From NCBI GenBank assembly GCA_030770535.1, contig JASVEC010000002.1, forward strand, positions 2,232,001-2,296,000: a stretch of 64,000 nucleotides of DNA, in the 5' to 3' direction. This document shows positions 28,297-42,130 of the stretch, piece by piece (within the stretch, counting starts at the first letter, position 1; each line of letters begins with the position of its first letter). Source of the DNA: Batkoa obscura. Taxonomy: Eukaryota. A program made the translations under genes and the position numbers. The notes under the pieces are model-generated. The model was not told the DNA's origin, searched no databases, and was given only the letters and a program-made list of their open reading frames with translations.

Positions 28297-29773
28297 TTAT
28301 TTTTTAGAAAAATAATACATAATCATCTCATAAGTACCGAATAAAACAGCAGCATTAGGTACTACTCTTAGTAGGTGAGGAGTTAAACCACCATATAATC
28401 CAACCATACCTTCTTCTTTATAAATTAATTTAATACTTGAAATCAATCCATTATATTTATATGTGCCATTTGAATTCACTGGGTTTTGCCTTAAACGTGT
28501 TCTTAATACCTATAGTTTCATTTAAATAAATATATTTTAATAACATATAATATAACAAGCTTACTTCATGCGGATAAGCTACTAAAGCTGCTATTAATTT
28601 AGCACTACCTGCACATAATAAAGTTTCCATCCATTCTAAAAATTATATAAATATATTAATACTTTAAGCTAATAATTTGTATTTACCATTCATAGTTTTA
28701 TCCTTTTGATTTTTATCGCTTGTAGATTGAATACCACGTAATACTTTCAATTGTTCATAAACCACCCATTGAGTAGCAGATTCAACAACACCTAATCAAT
28801 ATCAACTATTAACATAATTTCACTTATAATATCATTGAACATACCTAGATAAGAAGCACTCATTCCTTTATACAAACTTTTAACTCCTTCTTTTCTTACA
28901 ATTTGATATAAACAATGAAATGAATTATTATATAACCTTCCAGTTTCATTTTGTAATTGCATCCTTGTACGTATTACCCATATTGGGTTGGTTGCTGTTG
29001 CTGTGATTATGCCTTAATAAATAGCATTATTACTCATTTTATTATATATCATTATTTAAATTTACCAGCTATTGTAGCAGAAGACAAATGAATTAAAGCA
29101 TTTTCTTTACCGCCATTTAAATCACTTAGCATTTTTTTACCATTTCCATATGAAAAAAAATAAATGGACCTAAAATTTAGAACGTTAATACTCAAACCCT
29201 TACTTTTTGAATTCTGAATTTTTTTACCTTGATGGTATAACCCCAGATAAAGTAGGTCCTAAGCCTTTAAATAAAGCTTTAAAACCTTCATTACGATATA
29301 AGTTCCTAATAGTAATTTAACATGATTAATATTTAAAGTTAATGATTTAAACTATCAACTTACCTTACAGAACTTAAGGTATCAGCTATATGGAATTTAG
29401 TAGAATTCCATAAACCAAGCTTTTGATTTAGTTTTAATTTATTTTCTTGATATAATGAAGACTATTGAAAGCAAAAATTTAACATTTGCTTAGTTCGTAT
29501 TAATATTAATCTTTTATCTTACTTGAAATCTTGTTTTTATAACTTCTAAAGGACTGAATATAATAGTACCTATACTACCACCTACACTATTAAATTTTTT
29601 AACATTATTTTAGTTTATTTAAGCTTCAATTATTAAATTTACCCTCCAGCAATAAAATGAAGCGCTGCGTTATTATCCAATTTAAAAAATGGTTGTTTAT
29701 TAATTATAGCTGCAGTCGCTGAGCTCTTAGTTTGATTATTTATTATAGTTGAATTATAAGCGTTTTGTGACAT
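28297..29773 (-). CDS. RIM2: Mitochondrial carrier, pyrimidine-nucleotide transporter type (Rim2/SLC25A33/36-like)
   Basis: Three carrier repeats (PLEVIKTRFQ, TNPIWVIRTRMQL, YPHEVLRTRLRQ); GLGPTLSGVIPSR and GGLTPHLLRVVPNAA. Confidence 0.88.
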
Positions 29774-30463
29774 TATCGTATAATAACAATTAATAATATA
29801 TATTATAAAATTGTTCAATTTAAATCTATTAAATAAATAAGTTCAAGTTGAATAACAAAAAGGATAAATAAGAAAGTTTAGTTTAGTTTGAATTTGTATT
29901 TTTTATTATTGAACTTACAAGATTATTTTATCCCTTTATTTAGCCAAAATTTCATTGGTGGATTTGCTTATTTTAAGCATGGGGGTACAATTCATTTTTT
30001 TAAAGAAGAGCAATTTAATAGAGTATTTGAATTTGGGGTATTGGGAATAAAGCTTATAGGAAAAATATCTAAGACCTTTATCCGCTTTATTTTTCGATGA
30101 AAATAAATTCAAACTTCAACATTAACAGTCATAATTAAAGTACTTCAAGTTAGTAAGGGCGAAATAAATAACTGTTTCATATGCACTAAATAAACCAATT
30201 TTTTCTTTTTTTGTCTTTAGTTTTATTTTCTAAGTCATTCAATTTCTTTATTCAGGTTAAATCCCTTTTTTAATAAAACTTATCTCAAATAAAAACTTGC
30301 TGAAAGAAAGTCTAAGAGAAAAAACAGTAGAATAAAACAATTAAAACTTAATGTGTTATAAAAATTTATTAATAATAATAGTACAATAGTCTAAAGAGAG
30401 TAGAGAGGTAATTAAAAGAGATAAATTGCAAAAAATAAATAAACTTCAAATCGAACAAATAAA

Positions 30464-31213
30464 CTATCTAAACTCGAATTCAGCAAACTGATATTGATTA
30501 GATTGATAATTTAAATGTAATTCTTGAAATTTTTCATTAGCTGAGGGATGATAATAATAACCTTGAATATTACCAGTGGAAACATTGAAACAAATATAAT
30601 AAAATCCACAAAAAGAGATACCTTCAATATTTTTAACTTTATGATCGGGTACTAAAAACATTTCTTTCCAACGCATATAAATAAAATCCTTATTAATGGG
30701 ATTAAATTTAACATTATTGATATCGTCTTTATGTTCATTTAAAACAGTATTTAAGATACAATTTTCCTGTTTACTTTCACTAAATTTAGTCCAATGTTCC
30801 ATATCATTTTGATAATCGCTTTCCCATTTATTAGTGATAAAAGAATAACGATCCCCAATAATTTCAGATTCAAAATAAGTTGATACAGAGGGAAACTCTT
30901 CAGTTAAATTTTGAATACTTAAGTAACCACAGAATTTAGATCTTTCAATATCTACTGATTGGACCTCAATAGTTACTGGATATTCGTCAGTGCCACTCTT
31001 TTGTACTCCACTAAATACAGACCCTGGTTTCAATAAAGATAATGGAGAAGAAGTCTTATATCGGATGTTTTGTAATCTCTTATGAGGACATGAATTATAT
31101 TTTTGATTTAAGGTTAAACTTTCGATATCTTCATAGAAGTTGACATTGTTATTATTACAATAGTTTGGTTTTAAACTTGGTGAAACTAAAGGAGATGTGA
31201 TATGAATTGGCAT
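30464..31213 (-). CDS. GID4: GID complex substrate receptor Gid4/Vid24-like
   Basis: LKPGSVFSGVQKS, GYLSIQNLT, TYFESEII, YMRWKEMFLVPDH, ISFCGFYYICF, GYYYHP...FQELHL. Confidence 0.93.
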   Translation of the reverse strand: MPIHITSPLVSPSLKPNYCNNNNVNFYEDIESLTLNQKYNSCPHKRLQNIRYKTSSPLSLLKPGSVFSGVQKSGTDEYPVTIEVQSVDIERSKFCGYLSIQNLTEEFPSVSTYFESEIIGDRYSFITNKWESDYQNDMEHWTKFSESKQENCILNTVLNEHKDDINNVKFNPINKDFIYMRWKEMFLVPDHKVKNIEGISFCGFYYICFNVSTGNIQGYYYHPSANEKFQELHLNYQSNQYQFAEFEFR

Positions 31214-33657
31214 TTTTTAAAATTGATATTTATATTAAATCGATATTAGATTAAATTAGGATATAGTATATTAGATTAGGGTATATTCTATTATAATGTA
31301 AAGTTCTATTAAGAAAAAGAGTATCAAATGTAAGTAAAAAAAACTCTGAAGCTAAGAAACCAGTCTTATATGAAAAGAAATTAAGAAATATTAGTAACTT
31401 TTTGAGATAAAATGTTCATTGTTGTTATATTTATATTTCTCCTCTTTACTTTACTATTCTTATTTTTATGTGACTAGATTTGCTATATTTAGAAAATATA
31501 TCTTATTTTATTGTATAATTGATTAATAAAATTAGAAATGGTGCTTTATTGTCAAATAATTTTATGTGACTGAGAATTTATCATACCAACTAATTTCTCC
31601 CAAAATTTATACTATAAGCTCCAGCTTATTGGCACTTCACCACTATATTGTCCAATAATAGTCCGATTAACTTCAATTAACTTTTCATATTATCTATTAT
31701 AATTTTCAATTATCATAGATTCTTCCAATTTATTATTTATTCTTCAAATTCGATCTAACTATTGGCTGATTTAATGCATATTATTCTTCAATTATTGGGA
31801 ACCTCCATTCTAAGTTTATTCCAAAATCTTATTTTTTTAGATTGCCATTTTTCTGGGTTCGATTTTAACCGCTAATTTCGAAACTTAACCTTTCAATTTC
31901 ATATTTCAAAATAATTCTATAAAATCCCATAATTTAATCCAACACTTCTTTATATCTGCTTTGGTTTGGGGTACTTATGGTTGACTACTTATTGACTAAG
32001 TATGTTTACTTTATGTCACCTATGAGGTTGAAAATAAACATTTACTTTTAATATTTTATATAATAGTAAATAATGAATAAAGATATTAAATAAATATCAG
32101 TATTATTATAACAATGAATTAAAATTTATTCTTTATTAAACAAGAGCCACATTTTAATTTACTATTTAAAGTTTAATTTTTAATATACTCAAATATAAAT
32201 TAAAAATTGAAAATTAAAAATAAGTATATTAATTGACTAAATTAAACTTAATATGTTTATAAATGGTGATTTTGTTTCTATTATTAAACTAAATAATAGA
32301 TAAATTTAAAAGACAAAATATAAAATGATTATTATAAATTAAATGCTATTGAAAAACAGTCACATAATTTAAATTAGTAACAGTGTCTTTGGAAAGATAT
32401 GAGTATTAAATTTTAATTTAGTAATTAGCTGAAGATTAATAATTACAAGTATTTAATTAGATAACTTATTATAACAAGATAATGAAACATTTCATTAATA
32501 AAATTTAATTTCAAGTATAAATTTAGTGGACTTTCAAATTTAGTTTGAAACTTACTAAATATAACCACCAACTTTTATAAAATATTATCATATCATTTAC
32601 TGACATTACTATTAATATTGCCCCTATCCGCTACATTTGCTTTACTAATATAATACGTTAATTCCTTTAATTATAATTTAATATATTAGCTTTAAGGATT
32701 GCTATTGATAATGCCAACATTTATTAGGATTTTATTCTTGGAATCACTAAATCGTATAAGAACTCTTAATCAGTTAAATCATGTAATTTATCTTATAAGT
32801 AAGTGGTGCTTTAACAGCTATAAGTTAAGCATATTCTATAGCAGTATCTAATAAGAATATTTCTAGTTGTCAGTTTAACCTATTTTATAGGTAATAGAAG
32901 ATATGAAACGGCAGTATTTGGTTAAATTAATTATATTCTTAAAAAAATAAGGCGAGTTACTTAATGAACATAGTGTTAAAAATTGATACACTGTGTTTTA
33001 ATTTTAAAATAATATCTTGTGAGTATATCAAAGTTGTAGCTGTAGCATTCATAAAGGTAGTATAATTTTTTATAGATAGAAGGCTTTTAACTTATTAAAA
33101 ATATTAAGAAACAGCAGTATTTAATTACAATTATTTTAAAAATAAAAGTTTAATAACTTTTTAAAAAATTTCATATTTTTAATAAACACGTAACTAAATT
33201 TCTATAGCAATATATAATAGTATATAAAGTTCTTACTCAGTTTGTTTCATATTAACCATTATATTTTTAGCCAAAATTGTTAAAAGAAATATGATAATTA
33301 GCATGAAACAGATTAAGTATGATTTATTGATAAAAATCCAATCATAAAGACTAAAGATACTTCCCAAATAATATTGCTCTTCAGTTAAAAATACCACTTT
33401 ATTAGTTACAATATTCCATCTTTTTTCCAGCTAAAAATAAAATTAATTTCAAGTAATAACATATTAATGTTACAATTATATTTAATATTGGTTCTTTATC
33501 AAAAAAAACAGATTATTTAGAAACACTTTTCTTTTATGTTTTTGAAATATTGCAAAAGTTTAAATATGGCAAATATCCAAAAATTGGGAAAAAGTTTAAT
33601 CTTTCAAGTCATCAAGAAATAGATGAGTTATTTTTTAGATTCAATCATCAAAAAAAG

Positions 33658-35522
33658 ATGTCTTTAATGTGGCATGAGAAGTATGCACCGGAAACAGTGG
33701 TAAGTTCCATAGATAATAACCTATATAGCATAATTAATTAAAAGAATTGCTTTATAATAGCAAGAATTAATCATACATAAAACGAAAATACGTGAATTTG
33801 ATAATTTATTGAGAAAATTTGTTGAAAAAGGGGTAAGAGATAATTTTAATGAGAAAGGAATAATTTATAAGTTTCATGTTTATTTAGACCCCCAATATCT
33901 TGGTATTATTTGGACCTACTGGAAGTGGTAAAACATGTTTAGTAAAAGCAACATGTAAAAATAACAATTTAAATATAATGGAATATGTTGAAAATCGCGA
34001 TTTAAATGAGAATTTGACTTTAGGCTATGATTGTAAGTAATTTAAATTTAAATTATGAAAATAGTTGAAATTATTTTTAGATGATTTAAGTGTATTTGAG
34101 AGATTCAAAACGTTTATTAGTAAAGGAAAAAGAAATAATAATTTAGACAAAAAACAAAGTTCACAAAGTATACTATTATTAGATGAGTTACCAAATATCA
34201 ATAATGAGTTAATATTAAATAAATTCAAAAAGTTATTAATTGAATATGGAATCGATAATACAGTTAAAAATAAAATGATAATAATTTATAATGAAGCTAA
34301 TAATTATGAAAATCAAAATCAAAGTTATATTGGGTTTAATCAATGGTATCCAAAAATAATCAATAATCCAGAATATATAATTAAATATTATCTCAAAGCA
34401 ATGCCAATTACCTATTTTGAAAGACAATTAAAAAAAATAATTGAAAAAGAATTCAATCAACAACTTAATAGAAGTCGTGATAAAGGCTATTGTCAATTAT
34501 TCAATCAGCTTTATTTAGATTGTAATGCTGATTTAAGAGCAGCAATAATTCAATTACAATATTTATTCTTAGGAGTTAAAGAAATTAATCAATATAATCG
34601 AAGTGATTTAATGACCAAAGTGTTAGTAGCTAATAAAGTCAATAATATCGAAAATAATACACAAATGATAAATAATAATATGAATTTACTATTGGAACAA
34701 ATATTTATGAACTTTGATAAAATAAATATCGATTATCAATTTTTATTTGAAAAAGTTAAATTAAGAGATGATACAGTGCAAAATTATTTTAACGAAAATT
34801 TAAGTTTATTTTTAAGAGATATTTATAATATTAGTGAATGTTGTAATTGTATGTCATTACTAAATTCATTTCAATCATTTAATAAATTAGATTTGATACC
34901 TATTTTCAATCAGATTTATTTATCGAATGCATTGAACGGGTTAAAGTATGAAAATCAATTAAATCAAAGATATATTACTATTCGTATACCTAATGCAGGG
35001 TTAATTAACAATATTAAAAATAATTTTAATAAATATGAACATATAATTCAATCTATAATATATAAATTAAATTATTTAGATGTAAGGAAATGTAATACAT
35101 TTAATTCAAAAGAGTTTTATTTACAAAATTATTATATTAATTTAATAATCAATCCAACAGAACAAAGTTTTGAATTTTATAGACTATTTAATGGTAATTA
35201 TAATGAACTTAAGTTGAATATTAAACGTGAAATAAAACTACAATTACAAAAAGATTTAAAATTGTATTTAAATCATATCAATAATTATAAAATACACATT
35301 TCTAATCATAACGATTATTGTAATAATAGTGTATATACAAAATTAAGTCCTATTTCTAATAATCATCATTTTAATAGTGTAACAAGTGAATTATCAACAT
35401 TAAATAATTATTCATTAAATGAATTAGATTTCAATGAAATTTATTATAATAATTATGTATCCAGTAATAGAAATCAACAAGAAATTGAAGATATTGAATA
35501 TTATTCTTCTGATATGGAATAG
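33658..35522 (+). CDS. RAD17: Checkpoint clamp-loader Rad17/Rad24-like AAA+ ATPase (4 exons)
   Basis: WHEKYAPETV|QELIIHKTKI, Walker A GPTGSGKT, ILLLDELPN, DLRAAIIQLQ. Confidence 0.8.
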
Positions 35523-35550
35523 CTTTTCATTTCTCTATCTTTTTTTGTTA

Positions 35551-36975
35551 TTACTCCTCTTTTCCCGGCAAGCACTGGAAATCAAATACCATATGATAAA
35601 CTAAAGGTCCATAATTTTTTATAATTACTGCATTGATTAATAAAATAGTCCAATTAAAGTAATTATATTTGTTAAAGATCTGTTTTAATTCTTGTTGAAT
35701 TTGTTGAATTTTATTATTTTCTTCATTTTGAACTACATTTTCATGAATATGTAAATAACCCCCACATTGTTTATTTAAAGCTAAGATAGCTAATTCATAC
35801 CCTTGAAAGGAAGTAGGTATTAAGCCCAAGTTAACTCGGTCCACTTTATTTTGATAATAATTAATAAAATCTTCATTATTTCCTGGTAATATTATTAATT
35901 TTATATCTTTTTCTATATTCTCTATACTATTACTAATTCTATTATCATCCTTATTATCATCCTCTATTTTTTTAACATATTTATCAATAACTTGAAACAT
36001 ATGTTGATTGTTTTCATTCTTGATTTCCTTTACTAACTCATAACTCACTCCATTGATTTCTGCTCCTTTGATTAATCCGACTACGGAATACGGGTTCCAT
36101 TCACATGCATACACTCTTTTTGCTCCACACTTTAACAAATAAGGTAAAGTAAAATAACCAATCCCAGCATATAAATCCAATACAATCTGATTTTCCAATT
36201 GAAATATTTTCTCTTTAGTAACTCGAATTTTTTCTTTGATATTCCCTTGAGAAAACATAGTATATTTAGGGGCCCAACAATAAGTTATAGAATTTTGTGT
36301 AACGAGATTGAAATAATGATCAAAGTTACCGTAATAGTCTTGAATGGTTGGTCGCCGTAAGACATCATCTGGGGTTATTGATACTTTTTTGGCTATATGA
36401 GTTACCTGAAATAAGGGTAAGAAGACGTGGTGCATGTAGGAAGTAAAAAACTCGGTCCAGGAAAAGGAAGGGTTTAACGGGACTAAATCATGTTGGTGGA
36501 AACAATTAAGTGGTAAGAGTAAGAATTGATTGTAGAGTTCCCATTTTTTTGGCAATGTTTTTTGTAATAATTGAAGTAACTCGGATTCTGATAAATTAGT
36601 TTTTGATTGAAAATAATTGAAACTTAAAGTTAATAATTGTTGATATGGACTGGATTTTTTATCTAGTTCTAAGTTGGACCTACTTTCATCTTCTTTTAAG
36701 TTTAATTCTAATACATAATTCACATCCTTTTGTGTTGTTATATTTAAATTTTCAATGGTCTTATAAATAGTAATATCCTTTTCATCATCTCTATAAACTA
36801 AAGTTTTATTTTTTAATAAAAAATTAAAATTCAAAGAAATTGCTTTATAATCTTTAAATTCATCTAGATTGATATTGAATTGATTTAAAGTATATATTTT
36901 TATTATATTATTAGCATTGATCGTTTTAACTTGTTTCAAATCTTGATTTTTAATTAGTAAATAGTGTTGAAACAT
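35551..36975 (-). CDS. TRM12: tRNA wybutosine-synthesis protein Tyw2/Trm12 (Trm5/Tyw2 SAM-dependent family)
   Basis: WAPKYTMFSQGNIKEKIR, DLYAGIGYFTLPYL, ACEWNPYSV, VNLGLIPTS, LHIHEN. Confidence 0.9.
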   Translation of the reverse strand: MFQHYLLIKNQDLKQVKTINANNIIKIYTLNQFNINLDEFKDYKAISLNFNFLLKNKTLVYRDDEKDITIYKTIENLNITTQKDVNYVLELNLKEDESRSNLELDKKSSPYQQLLTLSFNYFQSKTNLSESELLQLLQKTLPKKWELYNQFLLLPLNCFHQHDLVPLNPSFSWTEFFTSYMHHVFLPLFQVTHIAKKVSITPDDVLRRPTIQDYYGNFDHYFNLVTQNSITYCWAPKYTMFSQGNIKEKIRVTKEKIFQLENQIVLDLYAGIGYFTLPYLLKCGAKRVYACEWNPYSVVGLIKGAEINGVSYELVKEIKNENNQHMFQVIDKYVKKIEDDNKDDNRISNSIENIEKDIKLIILPGNNEDFINYYQNKVDRVNLGLIPTSFQGYELAILALNKQCGGYLHIHENVVQNEENNKIQQIQQELKQIFNKYNYFNWTILLINAVIIKNYGPLVYHMVFDFQCLPGKEE

Positions 36976-37314
36976 CTTATTTTTTTGTTGAAAAAGAGAA
37001 AAAGTGAATCAATTTTTGTTGAAAAAAGATTGGTTTTTATTGCAAAAATTAGAAATAGAAATAAAATAAAAAAGGCTTTAATCAAATACTAATTATTGAA
37101 TTTGTATATAATAAATGATAAAAAACTAATAAAATAGTATTGTATTTGATAAACAATAGCTTCACTTGATATTGTTATTTTTATATCAAAAATAGGATGA
37201 AATATCAATTAATTTTAAAAATGCTACTTTAAAACATGGAAATTTCTTTAATATTCCATTTAGACTTGCCACTCATAAAACCAAAATCTTATATATACTA
37301 TAAAGTACCAATTT

Positions 37315-37694
37315 TTATTTAGCTGAAATATAAAGAACTAAAAATAGATTAATAAATCAACTTTGATCATTATTTAAATTTATCATTAAAATTAATTACC
37401 ATTATTCCCACGTATAAAAGCATCCCCATAATCATTTTTAATTTTACCATTAACTAATTCCTTTGTTTGTTCTAAAGCTATATTCATATAACCATCTAAA
37501 CAAGCTAATATTCCTATTTGGAAGAAAATGTTAGTAATCATCATTTTTATTGATTCGTTTGTTTGCTTGTTTTTCTATGTTTTGTTAATAAATAACTTAC
37601 CACGATATTCAATTCCTGAGTTTAATTTTACCATCACTGGTTTACCAATCAAATTTGATATAAAATCGGTGGGGTTTCTTCCTTGAGCTTCCAT
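37315..37694 (-). CDS. LSM6: U6 snRNA-associated Sm-like protein Lsm6 (3 exons)
   Basis: PTDFISNLIGKPVMVKLNSGIEYRGILACLDGYMNIALEQTKE...YGDAFIRGNNVLYIS. Confidence 0.95.
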
Positions 37695-37850
37695 CTTTTA
37701 CTTTTTATTAATTTATTTAAAAGTTCAAATTCAAAGTTTGTTTTAATTTTTTAGCTTTTAAGTTTCTTTAAAGATTTAAAATTATAAAATTGAATTTTAG
37801 ATTTATTCTTAATTTTTTTAATTACGTTATTATAATTTTCATAAAAAAAT

Positions 37851-40800
37851 ATGGATGAATTTCAATTAGTAAATAATAATAATAATAATAAACAAATAAA
37901 TAATAATAATAAAATATAATTTTTATCATTAGGAAACTTTATTAAATTGTAATAATCGAGTGGAAACTTTATTAGTAACTATTAATTGTGCCTTATTAAT
38001 ACCGAAGATAATAGAAAAAGTAAATTTACAATCTCTCTTTTAAATCTTAATAAAAAAACTAATACTAATTTATTAAAAAAACAAAGCTTCAATTTTCTCA
38101 ACCTAGTGATGAACTTAAACTCGACTATTATCATCTTTTAAAAAAAATTAGTCAAATCTACCCTGATTTGGAGTTATCCATTTGGTTACCTTTACTATCT
38201 TTGTTATTAAACGAATTAAAACAAACCAATTTTAAGTTAAGATTAGAAGCTTTAGAGTTATTAACTTATCTTTGGATTGAAAATATCAAATTAAAGAAAG
38301 GAATAAGTAAAAAAAGAAGGTTAATGCAGGAGTTAAATGGAGGAGAAGAATATGATAAATTAGATCAATTTCAACAATTATTTCTTAACCAATTAATAGA
38401 TATCGATCCAAGGGTTAGAACTGTAAGTTATAGATTATTAGCTTTTTTTAAATAATTTAAAGAGGATTTAAAATTAATATTATTTTATGTTTAGAAAGTA
38501 TTACAAAGTTTAATTCAAAGTTATGAATATGAATCAATACCGCTTGAAAAAGTTAACAATATTATTCAATGTTTAGAAGATGATTATGAAGAAGTTCGAT
38601 TACAAGCCGTTTGTTTGTTAAAGTAAGTATTAACTATTGCTACTATTTTGTAGTTATTTTATATACGTTTTGTTATGGTTATTAACAAATGATTTTTAAT
38701 ATCATTTAGATGTTTAACAATTGATAACTATAATATTATAATGACATTAAATGAACAAAAAGAAAAGTTTTGTGTAATTGCTTTTAGATTATTATGTCAA
38801 AGAGTATTGGATAATTCAATTCAAGTGAGAGTTAAAGTAAGCTATTTTTAAACTGTGTTACTCTTAATGTTTTTCTTCAAACTAATTTATAATTTTAAAT
38901 CAAATTAGGTATTTGAATGTTTTGCTATATTTCAAGAATTAAGTATAACTATACTAAATTCTACATTAATTAAATCGATTCAAAAACCTAATAACAGTCA
39001 GGTAAATTAATAACAATCGACTGTCTTTTTAAATAGAAATTTAACTTTACTTTTATTTGTTTTTAGTATAAGCCAAAATCATTTATGGATTTTAATGGAG
39101 TAAAAACTTAAATAGTTATTTATTTTTATTTTTATTTCTAATAATTTTGCTATTTAAGACAAAGGCCGCACAAGTTCCTAATACTGTTACGGTAAAATCA
39201 ATTAATAATAAACTATAATAATCAATAATAATGATAATAATAAACTTATAGAAAGAAATTGATGCTGAAGGAGAAATTGATTTAGATAAGGAAGAGGTGT
39301 CTTTATCCGTATTAAAATCGAAAGAATTTGGTGCTTTTATTCATGGTTTAGAAGATGAATTTGAAGAAGTTAGAGAAGCTGCCATTGGTAATAATTTATT
39401 TATACGATTTAATTTAATTTAATTTAATTTAATTTAATTTATTAAGAAAATAATTAATTATAATATTCTATTTTTAGATTCTTTATGTTTTTTAAGTTTA
39501 AAAGTACCAACATTTGCTGAAAATGCTATGGATTTTTTAATTGGTAAGGAAATTATTTAATATATATAACATAATAATATTATTATTATCATTATTAACT
39601 AATACAATTAATACTTTAGATGCTTTAAATGATGAAATTGATCGATTGAGATTTAATGCAATATTAAGTTTATATAAAATAGCAAATAAAATGGAATTAA
39701 AAGTTAATGAAGAACAAGTAAATGATATCTTAGTATTACTAAAAGATAATGATTATGAAATAAGGTTTCATGCTCATAGAACGTTGGGGTAAGTAACTTA
39801 GTATTATATTAATAATATTTTTATTTATTTATTTTAAATTTAGAGCGATTAAACTAAACGAATTTCAAAACCTAAGTTTAATAAGAAGTAAACTGTTTAA
39901 TAATTTAACACAATATCCAAAAGATAAATTTTCAATTTATACTTGTTTTCGTGGATTAGGATTAAATCATGCTAATTATTTTGGTAAGTCTTAATATCCT
40001 TATTTTGGAAAGAATTCTAAAATTAATAAATAATTTGTTTTTTATGTTTATTTAGATCAATCTTATTTTAATTCTTTATTTGATTGGAGTAATCATTATA
40101 TGGTAGAAGAAAAATACATTGGTAGTGAAACATGTAAGTTATAATAATAATGATATTAATAATAATAACATTAATATTAATATTATACTAACATTATACT
40201 ATATTAATAGATATAGCCGATTTTTTAATGATTTTAAATGCTTCATTTAAAAATGAACAACTTAAAACATATTTTCCATATTATTTTACCAATCATTTTA
40301 ATATTATTAAAGTTGATTATCCAACATTATTAGATGCTAAAAATTTGATTTTGGAAGTAAGTGAATTACTTACTTAAAAGAGTATTGTATGAGTTTATTA
40401 ATATCTATTTTCTATCTAGTATAAGTATTTGGAATATAATAATAATAATAATAATAAATTTAAAAATCAAAGGGGTAAGAAAATTGATTATAAATATTAT
40501 ATCAATGTTTTTTATTTTTTTTGTTTAGAAATCTTAAGTTCCCCATTAAAAAAACAACATCAACAAATTGTTCAATTGTTTTTAGAATGTTTTCAAAAAA
40601 AGGAAGAGAATTTAATACCTAAAATTTATTCTATACAAAAGTAAGTAAATGTTTACTCAAATGTTTATTTTATACCCAATGTTTATTTTTTTAATTAGAG
40701 AATTATTGGAAATCAATCAAAGCGTAACTCAATTACATGGTGTTGCTTTTTTATTAAAATTAATTGACTTGTTATTCTTATTTATTAAAGTAATTTGTTA

Positions 40801-41447
40801 TTTATTATAAGAATAATATAATATGATATAATTAACTTATTATCAATAATAGATCCAAGACCCCCAATTCAATAGTAATATGATCTTAAGTTTTGGAATA
40901 ACAAAAAGAATTGATATTGAATTACAACAAATTTATAGTGAATTATACTTAGGATTTAACGGTATCTCTGCTAATTTTAGTCTATTCTTTAAAAAGTTCA
41001 AATTTCTAATACAATATTTAAATTTGATTTATGCCTTAAATGGAAATAATATGAGGTTTTCAAGTTATAATGAAGGAATTAATAACATTTTAAAATGTAT
41101 TGTTGAGTAAGTAATTATTTTGAAAATTAAGTTACAATTTTTATATTTAATATTAATTAATGAATGTTTTTTTAGTGATAATGAGGAATCGGAATGTATT
41201 GATTTAGAAACATTAATTAATAATTTAATTAACAAATTGGAAGAACTTAAAAGGTAAACTTCAACCCTGTAATTATTAAATTATAATTATTAAATTATAA
41301 TATTAGTTTTGAAATTGAAAAATGGATGGAATGGGTAACAACACAATTAAAGGAATGTAAAGAAAAGATTAACAATAATTTTAATCTTATAAATTATTTT
41401 AATAATATAAAAAATGAATTTATACAATCTATTCAAGTAAGCTATTT

Positions 41448-41484
<37 letters not shown>

Positions 41485-42088
41485 TAAATATAAAATATTA
41501 ATATTAATTTATTTTTATTTATTATAGCATATTAAATTTCAATTACCTCCATTTAATTTATTAAATATATATCAAGTTCAATCTGAATTAATAATTGAAC
41601 CAATACCAAATAAATTAAACCCAATTATAGTATCAAATTTGATATCCAAATTTAATTTAAAATTGAGTGGAAATGTAATAAATTTAATAAATTTTGAAGA
41701 ACTAAAAGTTATGGTAATATAATAATTATATTAAATTATTAACAAAAAAATAGGATATTAATATTAATATTAATATTAATATTATTTTATTTTTTATTTT
41801 TTAGATAAAATATCCAGATGAAAGACAAATAGTTTATAATTTAAGTAAGAAAGATATTATTTGGTGTGATAATTATTATGTTGAATTTGATACTACAATT
41901 AATATTGAATTAATCCCTCAAAATAGTAAGATTCTTTTATTTCTATTTTAATAAGTTATAATATTTATTAATAATTTTCTATTTTCTATTCAGCTGCTTA
42001 TTTTGTTGAATGTTATTTAATTCGAAAAATCAAGAATGAATATTATAAACTAAGTAATCAAATTCAAGTTTATTTTTTAATTAAATAA
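37851..42088 (+). CDS. INTS4: Integrator complex subunit 4-like HEAT-repeat protein (many exons)
   Basis: Spliced motifs DIDPRVRT, LEDDYEEVRLQAV, GAFIHGLEDEFEEVREAAIDSL, AMDFLIDALNDEIDRLRFNAI match the conserved INTS4 HEAT region; C-terminal IKYPD segment. Confidence 0.8.
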
Positions 42089-42130
42089 AAAAACCTTGCT
42101 ATTTTATATTGTCATTATAAAGAATAAAAT

